Below are positions 19,718 through 29,713 of a DNA stretch of 64,000 bases, piece after piece. The notes beneath the pieces were generated by a model. It saw nothing but the letters and a program-made list of their open reading frames with translations. It ran no database searches and was not told the origin of the DNA. The position numbers were made by a program, and so were the translations under genes. Each line of letters opens with the position of its first letter. The first letter of the stretch is position 1. The stretch is from Candidatus Zixiibacteriota bacterium (GTDB lineage: Bacteria; Zixibacteria; MSB-5A5; UBA10806; 4484-95): positions 1 through 64,000 of the forward strand of contig JBBIRK010000005.1 in NCBI GenBank assembly GCA_037441845.1, given 5' to 3'.

Positions 19718-20259
19718 TTCGCAGCTTCCTTCGTTTCCGCCTCCTCCGTCTTGGCCGGGGCCGCTGGAATCAGCTTATCGATGGCTTCCGAAAGCGACTT
19801 TTCGAAACCAGGCGTATAACCATAGAAAGATTTCACTATAGTTCCGTCTTTGTCGAGTAAAAAGCCGTAAGGGATTCCCATCCCCTTATATTTCCGCGAA
19901 AACACCTCGCCATCGGAATCGAGCAAAATCGTATATGGAACCTTGCGCGCTTCGACAAAAGACTTGACCGTACCCTGCCCTGACTTATCGGTCGAAATCC
20001 CCAGGACGGTCAGTCCTTTGGATTGATATTTATTATAGACGTTGATCAGTTCGGGAATCTCTTTCTTGCATGGTCCGCACCAGGTCGCCCAAAAACTGAT
20101 GAAGACCGGTCCTTTGCCCAGCACATCAGCCAGGCGGATGTTCTTACCGTTCAGATCAGGCAAGGTAAAATCCGGGGCTTTGCCCTTAAGGCCTTGCGCC
20201 GAAACGATTACGGCGGAAATCATGACAAACACCAAGGTTGTCAAAAATGTTTTCTTCAC
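19714..20259 (-). CDS. TlpA-family disulfide reductase (exported)
   Basis: Signal peptide; APDFTL, FWATWCGPC, GIP (cis-Pro loop). Confidence 0.92.
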   Translation of the reverse strand: MKKTFLTTLVFVMISAVIVSAQGLKGKAPDFTLPDLNGKNIRLADVLGKGPVFISFWATWCGPCKKEIPELINVYNKYQSKGLTVLGISTDKSGQGTVKSFVEARKVPYTILLDSDGEVFSRKYKGMGIPYGFLLDKDGTIVKSFYGYTPGFEKSLSEAIDKLIPAAPAKTEEAETKEAAK

Positions 20260-20274
20260 TTGTCACTCCTTGTA

Positions 20275-22023
20275 TTACTTCAAATAGGTCATCTTGCCGA
20301 TCAGGCTTCGCTCGCCGAGAAGCAATCGATAAAAATACGTCCCGCTTCCACCGCCGGCAAGTTCATCGGCACGGATCGGCAGGTTGTTGATTCCGGCGTC
20401 GACGGCAACATCCGTGGCCGAAACCTTGCGTCCGAGAATATCATATATCTCAAACCGCGCCCGATCATACCCCTCAGGCACGGAAAATTGAATTACCGTG
20501 GAGCCGTTGAAAGGATTGGGATAATTGCCATACAACGCGAAATCGCGGGCAATCGCGTTCTCATCGCCGATTGCGGTTATCGTATCGATATAAGCGCTAT
20601 ATGTAAAGTTTTGGGAAGAACCCTGCAAAGCACAGGGGATAATACAAACCATCGCGTAATTATTGAAATCGGGTATTATGAGTTGTCCGTCACCCAGCGA
20701 ATTGACGACAAGAGAATCGAATTCATGATTATTGGTGGTCAGCGATTTTACGACAGGCACCACCCAGCCTCCACCGTCGGCGCCGTTGAATTCAATCCTC
20801 AATTGGCCGCTGTAGCTGCCGCGTACGAATCTGACGTAATTGCAGCCGAGAGAACTCGGAGGGCTGGTGGAAGTATTCGAATTGACGGGGAAAGTAGTAT
20901 GGGTCCTCATTATTCTGACTTGCGGATAGCTGCTGGCCTCATCGTAATGCCGTCCGTCGTTACGGCCGGCGGTCAGGTAATTCCAGGTGGCGAATTCCGG
21001 GAAAGCGGCGACGATTCCCGTGGCGTATTCATCGAGCACCTGAATCACCGCGGAATAGGCGGTGTTGGAAATCGTCCATTCCCAGATCGTATGAATCAAG
21101 CCGAATCCAAATCTTTCTTCAAGGTAAGTCGGCCAGAGGAAAGCCCCATATTCATAGCCGCCGTTGGCGGTGGTCAAAGACATATGCGGATTGTTGAAGA
21201 AACTGGGAATATACGCATAATTATCGTTTACGGCATCCCAGATTACATCTTCCATCCAGGTCGCGCAGTTTTCCATGAACCAGCTTCCCGCATTGACATT
21301 ATAAGCCATCTGAACGGCATGGAAAAACTCATGGGCGGTGGTTACCTGCATCGGCAGGTCACGGTTGGTGTAGCCGAATCCCGAATAGGTTGGATCGACG
21401 AAAATATATGAGGTATAGTCGTTTCCTCTTCCCGGCCTTTGGCTCGATGGTGATTCGGGCCAGGTCACTCCGTAGGCTCCGGAATAATGATGCATATAAA
21501 CATCATAGAGATTGGTGCCGCCACCGGCCGAACCATCATAAGGGGGAGTATCATAAGAAAGTGTATCGCACTCGTAAGTCCAGGCTCTTTCCAGGAAATT
21601 GCCGGTTCTGTTAACATAATCGGGGTGGCCGTCTGCCGGCATCGTATCGACTGTAGGCAGATATACGGCATGGGTTCCGGCTGTATCGTAATGAATACGG
21701 AAATGTCCCTCAGGGGTGTCGTAATACTTCTGTTTGCTTTGCCTTGCCAAAATAGTCGAGTATCTATAAATAATCTGAGGATTCACGATATCCTTTTCGG
21801 ACATGATATCGATAATCATCCCCGTGGCATCTTTCATCGGTCTATCTATCTGATATTCAGGCGGCAATTGCTGTGGATTTTCCAGCAACATCAGGGCGAA
21901 TTCAGCCCTTTGATCGGCGGTTATCTTGCCGCTCAAATAATCTTCCTGAATGGATTGCCAGCCGCCGGCCTGGGCCAAGCCAACCAAAGCTATTGCCAGA
22001 CATAGTGTTAACAATCTCGACAT
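20275..22023 (-). CDS. Secreted zinc metalloprotease (MXAN_6640-like) with T9SS-like CTD
   Basis: HFRIHY, TAHEFFHAVQ and WFMENCATWMED motifs; CTD NYPNPFN...YDILGRKV. Confidence 0.82.
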   Translation of the reverse strand: MSRLLTLCLAIALVGLAQAGGWQSIQEDYLSGKITADQRAEFALMLLENPQQLPPEYQIDRPMKDATGMIIDIMSEKDIVNPQIIYRYSTILARQSKQKYYDTPEGHFRIHYDTAGTHAVYLPTVDTMPADGHPDYVNRTGNFLERAWTYECDTLSYDTPPYDGSAGGGTNLYDVYMHHYSGAYGVTWPESPSSQRPGRGNDYTSYIFVDPTYSGFGYTNRDLPMQVTTAHEFFHAVQMAYNVNAGSWFMENCATWMEDVIWDAVNDNYAYIPSFFNNPHMSLTTANGGYEYGAFLWPTYLEERFGFGLIHTIWEWTISNTAYSAVIQVLDEYATGIVAAFPEFATWNYLTAGRNDGRHYDEASSYPQVRIMRTHTTFPVNSNTSTSPPSSLGCNYVRFVRGSYSGQLRIEFNGADGGGWVVPVVKSLTTNNHEFDSLVVNSLGDGQLIIPDFNNYAMVCIIPCALQGSSQNFTYSAYIDTITAIGDENAIARDFALYGNYPNPFNGSTVIQFSVPEGYDRARFEIYDILGRKVSATDVAVDAGINNLPIRADELAGGGSGTYFYRLLLGERSLIGKMTYLK

Positions 22024-22054
22024 ATAACTTTCCTTCCCTTACGCATTTTTTTTT

Positions 22055-22082
22055 AATTTAATCATATTCCGCCGATTGTCAA
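22055..22082 (-). promoter_or_regulatory. Promoter for the metalloprotease-tlpA-DUF6029 operon
   Basis: TTGACA, 16 nt spacer, TAAATT. Confidence 0.5.
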
Positions 22083-22272
22083 TTAATTAATTGCCTACGA
22101 GATAATCACTCGGATTAGTCTTGTAACAACCAAAATGATTGCCTATTAAATCATCCGCAAAAAACATTCCCATATTATAAATCATGCGGTCGATATTGTT
22201 GGTTCCCTTCAATATGCTTGGATAACGATTTCGCCCTTTTTGTCGGCGCCAAGTCCGGTCGTTCACGCAGGC

Positions 22273-25200
22273 TCAATAATTAGCCCCGAAAGAAAAGTAA
22301 TATCTGGGTTTTCCATAAACGCCGGCAAGATCGGTGCGCCAGGCGGTGTCGAATCTCAATACCAAAAATCCGAGATTCGATTGGATGCTGAATCCGATTC
22401 CGCTTTTGGGGGTGGCCAGTTTCGGGAATCCCCTTTTGTCATCGAACCACTTGAAATCTTCCAGCCTGTCGAATGCGGCACCCATATCCCAAAATATCGA
22501 TCCTCTTACGTAGCCGAGAGTCAGACCGAACGGGACCCTCATCTTTAGATAATCGACGAACGGGTATCTGAACTCTATATTGGTGACAAAATATTGTCTG
22601 CCCTTGAATTCGAAATAACGGTAGCCTCGCAACGGCACAACGAGCTTGTTTATATAGATATCCTTCTCGCCGTAAATATCCTCGGTCTTCTGCCTCGGAT
22701 CTATCCAATACGAGGTTCCGCCCAAATAAAAATCCCGCGCATTTTCGCCCTCAGAGAAACCTCCGGCGAACCTGAAAGCGAAATTATAGTCACTGCCGAA
22801 ATGCATATACTTCCGATAATCGATTTCGGCGGAGGTATAGGAGAAACCCGAGGCCACGGCCTTAAATGATTTCTCGACGGAAAGCTTATAACGTTGCCCG
22901 TAAACCGGCCCGACGATGCCCCAGATAACCTTGTCCGAAACGTAGGAAATTCCGCCGACGAGAATGTTGGTCGTTCTGTCCGGCGGGGCGAAATAATCGA
23001 GATATCTACGGTTGACCGTCATCTGTGATAGCGAGACGTCGACTCGATCGAATTTGGAGAACGGGTAGCTGGCGGCACCCATTAAGCCCATGACCCTGTC
23101 GGTAAAATAGTATTGGTTATAATAATCGTAATATAGATTTTTGAAATGAAATGCGCCTATCGCGTAGTCGATTCGTTTGGCCAGATATTGATACAAAACC
23201 TGAATATTGGATTGGTCTATGCTGTTGAATACGTCCGTGGCGATAAAGATATTATGATTGCCCAGCACGTCCGATATGGCTACATACGATTCCCCGCGTA
23301 GGCCGTAGAACGTATCATAGCTGAAACCTCCGGCAGCAAGGTCAAGACCGAATTTCGGCGTATATTTCTTTTTGATGAACGAACCATCGGGCGCTTGATA
23401 TTTCACCGTGTCCTGGAAAAATTCGGCGAGTTGCTCTTTTTTCAAAGTATCCGGCGTAAGAGTATCTGCAGATTGACTTTCACCGAGAATTTTTTCCTCA
23501 CCCGCTTTGAAAATATACCGGGAAAAATCGGGCTTATTGGAAGCAATACCTAAACTATCTTTTTGAACATCCTCGGTCAGCAACCTCTTTTCGGTGAATA
23601 ATTTGCCGGTTTGAACGAATTTCGTCGGCAACAGCTTGCCGGTCTCGGTCTGCGGCCTGATATCTTTGATGACCACAATGTCGAAACCGCCGTTTACAAA
23701 AGCGCTGACCGCGATCTTTTGGCCATCGGGTGACCATGAGGGAGAGAACAAACCGCTGAGGACGTCGGTGACCGCAAAATCCTCTCCGGTATCGAGGTTA
23801 TGAATATATATATTAGGAATGCCGTTTCTGTATGACGAATATGCCAGCATTTTGCCATCGGGGGAAAAATCCGGCTGAATGCTCTTGGTGGAATCGTGCG
23901 TAATCGCGCGGATCTTATTCTCGACCAAATCATACAAGAAAACATTGTAAATGCCCGGTTTGAACTCGCCATTTGAATCCGAGGCGACCGGCCTGTCGGA
24001 TGCGAAGGCGATCAGATGACCATCGGCAGAAAACTTCGGATCGACATCATCATAACCATCGAAAGTCAAACGGTTGAATTCCCCGCTGTTGATATCATAA
24101 ATATACAAATCCGAGTAGCCCGCCCTGACGCCGGTTACGATGATTTTATCGCCCGATGAAGACCAATGCGGATTCCGCAAAGCCTCGAGCTGCGGCTTGA
24201 ACCGCTTGTAGATTTTTTTCGAATCGACATCGATGAAAATAAGAGCATCGGTGCCGTGAGATTTGGAAACGAAAACGAGCTTGTCGCCTTTGGGGGACCA
24301 AGACATTCCTGAAAAATATGAGTGGAGCGATTCAAGATCACCGGAGCGCTCGCCTTTGATCACTTTATCGATGACACGGCCGTCGATCGTGGATATGATG
24401 TAGATTTCGTTGAACCTGTCGCTGTAACCATCACGGGGATTGGCTCTATCGGTGGTTATCGCAATTCTATCCCCGGCCGGCGACCAAGCAGGATTTTGAT
24501 TGTAAATCGAGCCGTCCTTGCGGTGATCCGTCAAGATCTTCCCGATTTCGTCCACGGTTTTGCGCTCGGAAATTTCGGGCCAATATATCCTGCGCAATTC
24601 TTTCTGCCAGTCATCGGAGAGCTTTTTTAAATCCATGCCCAAGACCGATCGCATGGCTTTGTTGATAGACAGAGAAACTTTGCCCTTGTTAAACAAATCC
24701 GGAATGGTCGGGTCACCGTAATTTTCAACCAAGTATAAAACTGCGGCCTGGCCGGCTTTGTAATTGAGGAATCCCTGCATTTGTTCAAGCGGGGGAAGAT
24801 AACCGTTGATAACGGCGTCCCTGAGATACATATCCGCCTCGTAATCCCATCCTCGGCGGGAGGAATATTCCGCGAATCCCTCGGCAAGCCATAGCGGGGG
24901 AGAAAACAAGGCCTGGCGCGAGATCAGCGAGCTTATGGCGTTTTCGTAAAGGAGGTTGAACACGACCGCGTGGGTCAATTCATGATGCAACACGTGGCGG
25001 AAATCCTCGTAGGAACCGTTGAAGGGAACGACTATTCTATTCTTGAAAATTTCGGTGAATCCGCCGACTCCTTCGGGCAGCAGGTCGGGAATGACGTTCG
25101 TTTGCTGAAATTCGTTGGGAGAAGAATAGATTATTACCGGAACGCGCGCCGTCAGAGAATGATTCAGCTGGGCTGACACTATCTTGTAAGCATCTTCGAG

Positions 25201-25380
25201 CACCCGGGCTGCGTAAATTGCGATAGTATCCTGACCCTTATAAAAATACAGGTCGAAATTGCGTGTTTGTATCGTGTACCAGTCAAGTTTGTTATATTGA
25301 ACTTTGTTCTGGCCGAAATATTCCTCTTGGGCCGCGCAAAGCGATACCAAAAGCAAAAGTAACGGGAATATTTTCTTCAA
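22273..25380 (-). CDS. Omp85/BamA-superfamily barrel with N-terminal gluzincin-like peptidase domain and PD40 (TolB-like) propeller
   Basis: FGQNKVQY, HHELTH...WLAEGFAEY, repeated PxWSPDG, and barrel FYLGG...PLRGY...EFRYP...LRFD; TTG start. Confidence 0.85.
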   Translation of the reverse strand: MKKIFPLLLLLVSLCAAQEEYFGQNKVQYNKLDWYTIQTRNFDLYFYKGQDTIAIYAARVLEDAYKIVSAQLNHSLTARVPVIIYSSPNEFQQTNVIPDLLPEGVGGFTEIFKNRIVVPFNGSYEDFRHVLHHELTHAVVFNLLYENAISSLISRQALFSPPLWLAEGFAEYSSRRGWDYEADMYLRDAVINGYLPPLEQMQGFLNYKAGQAAVLYLVENYGDPTIPDLFNKGKVSLSINKAMRSVLGMDLKKLSDDWQKELRRIYWPEISERKTVDEIGKILTDHRKDGSIYNQNPAWSPAGDRIAITTDRANPRDGYSDRFNEIYIISTIDGRVIDKVIKGERSGDLESLHSYFSGMSWSPKGDKLVFVSKSHGTDALIFIDVDSKKIYKRFKPQLEALRNPHWSSSGDKIIVTGVRAGYSDLYIYDINSGEFNRLTFDGYDDVDPKFSADGHLIAFASDRPVASDSNGEFKPGIYNVFLYDLVENKIRAITHDSTKSIQPDFSPDGKMLAYSSYRNGIPNIYIHNLDTGEDFAVTDVLSGLFSPSWSPDGQKIAVSAFVNGGFDIVVIKDIRPQTETGKLLPTKFVQTGKLFTEKRLLTEDVQKDSLGIASNKPDFSRYIFKAGEEKILGESQSADTLTPDTLKKEQLAEFFQDTVKYQAPDGSFIKKKYTPKFGLDLAAGGFSYDTFYGLRGESYVAISDVLGNHNIFIATDVFNSIDQSNIQVLYQYLAKRIDYAIGAFHFKNLYYDYYNQYYFTDRVMGLMGAASYPFSKFDRVDVSLSQMTVNRRYLDYFAPPDRTTNILVGGISYVSDKVIWGIVGPVYGQRYKLSVEKSFKAVASGFSYTSAEIDYRKYMHFGSDYNFAFRFAGGFSEGENARDFYLGGTSYWIDPRQKTEDIYGEKDIYINKLVVPLRGYRYFEFKGRQYFVTNIEFRYPFVDYLKMRVPFGLTLGYVRGSIFWDMGAAFDRLEDFKWFDDKRGFPKLATPKSGIGFSIQSNLGFLVLRFDTAWRTDLAGVYGKPRYYFSFGANY

Positions 25381-25441
25381 ACTTATACCCTCATGACACC
25401 ATCAATTATAACGTGCCGAAGCATTTACTTGTTCCAGCGCG

Positions 25442-26707
25442 TTATACACTCACTCTTTTTATATCGGCTCCAAGAAGTGATAGTTTCCTTTCCAGATGTT
25501 GATAGCCGCGGTCGATATGATACACCCGCAATATTTCCGACTGCCCCTCGGCCGCCAATGAGGCGACCACCAATCCGGCGCCGGCCCTGATATCGGAGGC
25601 CATTATCGATGCTCCGTGAAGTTTTTCGACGCCGGTAATCACCGCTTCATCGCCGGCGATCTTGATCTGGGCGCCGAGTCGAGTCAGCTCCATAACATGA
25701 GAAAATCTTTCGGTGAATACCGTTTCTTTAATATGGGAAATTCCCTCGCAACAACAAGCCACGGCCATTATAGCCGCTTGCAAGTCCGTGGGGAATCCGG
25801 GATAAGGAAAGGTCGTGATATCGAACGCCCGTAATCTGCTCTTTCTGCGGACGATCAATTTGCCGTCATCGATCGCAAACGACATTCCGGCCTCGGTAAA
25901 TTTATCGAGCACCATGCTCATCGATTCGGTGCATTTCTTATCCAATGCAATTTCGCCGCCCGCCGCCCCTACGGCCGCCATCAGCGTCCCGGCCTCGAGC
26001 CGATCCGGCATTACAGTATGGTCCACTGGATTCAAGCTGGGCACTCCCTCGATTCGCATAATTACGTTACCGGCGCCGTATATTCTTGCTCCGGCGCGGT
26101 TAAGAAATTCGGCCAGATCGACGACTTCCGGATCGCATGCGGCGTTGATGATCGTGGTCTCCCCCTTGGCTAAACAGGCCGCCATCATCGCGTTCTCGGT
26201 TCCGGTATGTGATGGCTTATCGAAATGTATCTGGGTTCCACGCAAACCCGATTTCGCCTCCCCCACCACGTATCCCTGATCCTCGACCAGGTTCGCCCCA
26301 AGGCGGGAAAACGCTTTCAGATGATAATCGACAGGCCGCGGCCCGAGAACGCACCCTCCCGGCAACGAAACCTTGGCTTTGCCGAAACGCGCCAGCAGCG
26401 GACCCATAACCAGAAACGATGCCCGCATCTTGCGCACCAAATCGTAGGGAGCTTCGTATCGAATCAAATTAGAGCAATCCATAGTTATCGATTTGCCATT
26501 TTTATCCCGCTCGATTTTCGCCCCGAGAAATTCGAGGACTTTGATCATCGTTTCGATATCGGCCAATTCCGGAACGTTTCCGACCGTGCATTTTCCTTTT
26601 TCGAACAGAAGCCCGGCTGCAAGTATCGGCAAGGCGGCGTTTTTCGATCCTTGAAGTTCGATTTCGCCATGAAGTTTTTGTCCGCCGTTGACAATGAATT
26701 TATCCAT
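25442..26707 (-). CDS. murA: UDP-N-acetylglucosamine 1-carboxyvinyltransferase
   Basis: GSKNAALP, MRAS, LPGGCVLGPRP (catalytic Cys), GFPTDLQ, DIRAG and HIDRGY motifs. Confidence 0.97.
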   Translation of the reverse strand: MDKFIVNGGQKLHGEIELQGSKNAALPILAAGLLFEKGKCTVGNVPELADIETMIKVLEFLGAKIERDKNGKSITMDCSNLIRYEAPYDLVRKMRASFLVMGPLLARFGKAKVSLPGGCVLGPRPVDYHLKAFSRLGANLVEDQGYVVGEAKSGLRGTQIHFDKPSHTGTENAMMAACLAKGETTIINAACDPEVVDLAEFLNRAGARIYGAGNVIMRIEGVPSLNPVDHTVMPDRLEAGTLMAAVGAAGGEIALDKKCTESMSMVLDKFTEAGMSFAIDDGKLIVRRKSRLRAFDITTFPYPGFPTDLQAAIMAVACCCEGISHIKETVFTERFSHVMELTRLGAQIKIAGDEAVITGVEKLHGASIMASDIRAGAGLVVASLAAEGQSEILRVYHIDRGYQHLERKLSLLGADIKRVSV

Positions 26708-26757
26708 ATGGATCTCCTGAATTACCGACTATTACCCTCTTTAACCCGGCAAATTGA

Positions 26758-26808
26758 TTGCACGCGGCCGTTTAATTGATTATACTCGATGCAATCGGCA
26801 ATTGTCAA
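26758..26808. promoter_or_regulatory. Overlapping divergent promoters for murA and lpxH
   Basis: Plus strand TTGCAC-17-TATACT (26758-26786); minus strand TTGACA-18-TATAAT (26808-26779); the two -10 boxes overlap. Confidence 0.65.
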
Positions 26809-26852
26809 AAAATTCCGGCGGCTATGACTCGAATAAGGCGAGAAACTCGAAA

Positions 26853-27587
26853 ATGACCGATAAATCGATAATATTCATTTCCGATGCGCATCTGTCCCCT
26901 GAGTCGATCGAGCGGGAAAAGCTTCTGGCCGATTTCCTCATGCGAATCGGCGATAGCATAAGTCACCTATATATCCTGGGCGATCTCTTCGATTTCTGGT
27001 TCGAATACCGTAACGCCATCCCTGCATATTACCTGACGATCTTGTCCTCACTGCGAAGTCTCGCCGAGAGAAATGTTTCGATAACTTATCTTCCCGGCAA
27101 TCACGATTTTTGGATGAGAGATTATCTTGTCCGCCAAATAGGAATCAGAAAAGCGTCGGATACTCTGGATATCACGCATCAGGGCATAAAAATTCATTTG
27201 TTCCACGGCGATGGAGTAGCTCGGCGGGACCGCGGTTACCGGATGATAAAAAGGATTTTCCGTTTCAAGCCGAACATCTGGCTTTACGGCCTGCTGCCGG
27301 TGGACTTGGCCTACGGTCTTGCGCATCGTTGCTCCGAACTATCGAGGAAACATGCCGGAGGGCCGAAATACACCTATGACGATTACTATGATTATGCATT
27401 GCGAAAAATCAAGCAAGGCGCCCACGTCGTAATAATGGGGCATACTCATATTCCCGAAATAAAAGAGTTGGCAGGTGGACTGTATATCAATTCGGGGGAT
27501 TGGGTCGATAATTTCAGTTATGTCGTTCTCGATAGAAACGGCTTTCAGTTGAAATTCGAAAATCAACCGAATCCGGCAAAATCTTGA
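26853..27587 (+). CDS. lpxH: UDP-2,3-diacylglucosamine diphosphatase (LpxH-like metallophosphoesterase)
   Basis: FISDAHL, LGDLFDFW, GNHD, HGD, GHTH and NSGDW motifs; start moved to ATG 26853. Confidence 0.85.
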   Translation: MTDKSIIFISDAHLSPESIEREKLLADFLMRIGDSISHLYILGDLFDFWFEYRNAIPAYYLTILSSLRSLAERNVSITYLPGNHDFWMRDYLVRQIGIRKASDTLDITHQGIKIHLFHGDGVARRDRGYRMIKRIFRFKPNIWLYGLLPVDLAYGLAHRCSELSRKHAGGPKYTYDDYYDYALRKIKQGAHVVIMGHTHIPEIKELAGGLYINSGDWVDNFSYVVLDRNGFQLKFENQPNPAKS

Positions 27588-27633
27588 ACAACATATTTTT
27601 GATCGCGATTCGGAACAAATGCAGCATTAGCAT

Positions 27634-27662
27634 TTGACAGCCGCCCTAATCGTCGTTAAAAT
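27634..27662 (+). promoter_or_regulatory. sigma70-type promoter, probably giving a leaderless mRNA
   Basis: TTGACA, 17 nt spacer, TAAAAT, 6 nt, ATG (27669); no Shine-Dalgarno. Confidence 0.75.
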
Positions 27663-27668
27663 CGAAGC

Positions 27669-28850
27669 ATGAAACGAGTGCTGACGATATTTATCATCGC
27701 CTTTTGCATATCAATTTCATGTGCGCACAGGCAGGAAAGGCAAGCACTCGAATTCTGGCATTTCTGGACCGATCCTCAGGCGAAACCGGTTATAGAGCAG
27801 GTTGTAAAGGTATTCGAACGGGAAAATCCGGGCTGGAAAGTCAACCTCACCGGGTTAACCTGGGCCGACGGCCATCAGAAAATCGTGGTTGCGTTCGGAG
27901 CCGATAAGCCACCCGATCTGCTCGAGCTCGGTTCCGATTGGATAGCCGAGTTCGCCTTTACCGGCGCCCTTGCCGATTTGAATTACGATACATCGGGGAT
28001 GCTGCTGGTGAACAATGCCGTCCTGAACGGCAGAATTTACGGCCGACCGTGGTTCGTCGATTCGCGCGTTTTATACTATAATCTCGACTTGTTCGATAAG
28101 GCATCGGTAAAGCCACCGGCCGATTGGAATGAGCTGGAACAGGCCTGCGCCGCAATCAACGGTTTGGGCGAAGGAATATCCGGGTTCGGAGCGAATTCCA
28201 ACGAGCCTCACCGTCTCTATAAGAAATTCCTTCCTTTTCTTTGGAGCTCAGGCGGCGATATTACCTGCGGAAGCGATATATGTCTCGATACCAAACCGAT
28301 GCATAAAAGTTTGGAATACTATGCCCGCCTCGCACGAGCCGGCAGGATCGACAGCCAGAAAAATCTCGAGGATGCCTTTGTCGGCGGGAAAATAGGTGTG
28401 ATTATATCGGGAGGCTGGCTGCTGCAAAGGCTGGTAAAGCTGAATCCCCCGTTCGAATTCCGTCTGGCGGAGATGATTCCTGAAGAAAAGAATCGGATAG
28501 GGATTTCGTTTGCGGGCGGCGAATTTTTAGTCATACCGGCGAAATCGGCCAATAAAGAAATGGCGCTGAAACTGATGGAATTGCTCGCCGAAAAAAAATA
28601 CAGCCAGATGTTATGTGATTCAGTCGGCTTTGGATTCCCGCCATATCGGTTTTTTGCGCCCACCGATACGAACAAGATGGTTCTGTTCAACCAATTGCAA
28701 AATTGCCGCATCGCATCGCTGCATCCTCAATGGGTATATATCGAGCAGATAATAGAGGATATGGTCGAGGCGGTGATGCTCGGGGAAATTTCGCCGGCGC
28801 AAGCGATCGCCGCAGCGCAAAAGAAAATCGCCGAAACTCGGGAAAATTGA
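27669..28850 (+). CDS. Carbohydrate ABC transporter substrate-binding lipoprotein
   Basis: Lipobox ISISC; FWHFW, FERENPG, PDL and YGRPWFVDSRVLYYN motifs (SBP family 1). Confidence 0.9.
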   Translation: MKRVLTIFIIAFCISISCAHRQERQALEFWHFWTDPQAKPVIEQVVKVFERENPGWKVNLTGLTWADGHQKIVVAFGADKPPDLLELGSDWIAEFAFTGALADLNYDTSGMLLVNNAVLNGRIYGRPWFVDSRVLYYNLDLFDKASVKPPADWNELEQACAAINGLGEGISGFGANSNEPHRLYKKFLPFLWSSGGDITCGSDICLDTKPMHKSLEYYARLARAGRIDSQKNLEDAFVGGKIGVIISGGWLLQRLVKLNPPFEFRLAEMIPEEKNRIGISFAGGEFLVIPAKSANKEMALKLMELLAEKKYSQMLCDSVGFGFPPYRFFAPTDTNKMVLFNQLQNCRIASLHPQWVYIEQIIEDMVEAVMLGEISPAQAIAAAQKKIAETREN

Positions 28851-29713
28851 AAAAGCATATTATATTATTTTTAATCGCACCTTGGTTTCTTACACTGGCC
28901 GTTTTTTGGGCGTTTCCGGTCGCCTATTCATTCTGGCTGTCTTTTACGAATCATTCGGTTTTCGCTTCGGGAACGTTCGTAGGCTTGGATAACTACATCG
29001 GCCTTTTTCAGGATAAGGCGTTTCTTTTATCGCTCAAAAATACGGCCTTTTTCGCAATCGGCACTATTCCTTTCACGACCATAATCGCCCTGGTTTTGGC
29101 GATGCTGATAGCCGAAAAGATACCCGGCTATAGGATATTCAAGGCCGCCTACTTCCTGCCCTCGATTACGTCCATGGTTGTAATCTCGATGATCTTCGTC
29201 AGCCTTTATTCGCGCGACGGCTACCTTCATCTGCTTGGCAAAGCATTGGGGTTGGCTGTTCCCGAAAACGGCTTTCTGTTCTCGACTAAAACTGCTTTGC
29301 CGGCGATCATGCTCATGGATATCTGGGTGGCGATAGGTTATTACGTCTTGTTGTTTTTGGCCGGGATATCAGCGATACCACCGGAAATACACGAGGCGGC
29401 GGCCATCGATGGCGCCGGTTTTTGGCGTAAGCTGACAGTCATTATTTTGCCGCAGATAAAGCCGATGTTCTTGTTCATACTGGTGATCAATACCATCCGC
29501 TCTTTCCAGATATTTATCGAGATTTTCGTGATGACCCGCGGTGGGCCGGTCGGCTCCACTTCGACGCTGGTTTATTTCGTTTACGAAGAGGGCTTAAGAA
29601 GATTCAACATCGGCTACGCCTCGGCGGCGGCGTATCTTTTGTTCGTGTTGATTTTAATCCTGTCACTTCTGCAAATAAGACTGCTGAAAGGAAGGCAGGG
29701 GACGGTCGGATGA
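28847..29713 (+). CDS. Carbohydrate ABC transporter permease (MalF-like)
   Basis: FVGLDNY, EAA loop EAAAIDGA, TRGGP; TTG start overlaps the upstream TGA. Confidence 0.92.
   Translation: MKKHIILFLIAPWFLTLAVFWAFPVAYSFWLSFTNHSVFASGTFVGLDNYIGLFQDKAFLLSLKNTAFFAIGTIPFTTIIALVLAMLIAEKIPGYRIFKAAYFLPSITSMVVISMIFVSLYSRDGYLHLLGKALGLAVPENGFLFSTKTALPAIMLMDIWVAIGYYVLLFLAGISAIPPEIHEAAAIDGAGFWRKLTVIILPQIKPMFLFILVINTIRSFQIFIEIFVMTRGGPVGSTSTLVYFVYEEGLRRFNIGYASAAAYLLFVLILILSLLQIRLLKGRQGTVG

Noticed and set aside
17052..20259. Selenocysteine recoding in the thioredoxin-fold proteins
   Set aside because: Both active sites are ordinary CGPC with no in-frame TGA
20023..21411. 462-aa plus-strand ORF
   Set aside because: Antisense shadow of the motif-bearing metalloprotease and TlpA genes; no recognisable motifs
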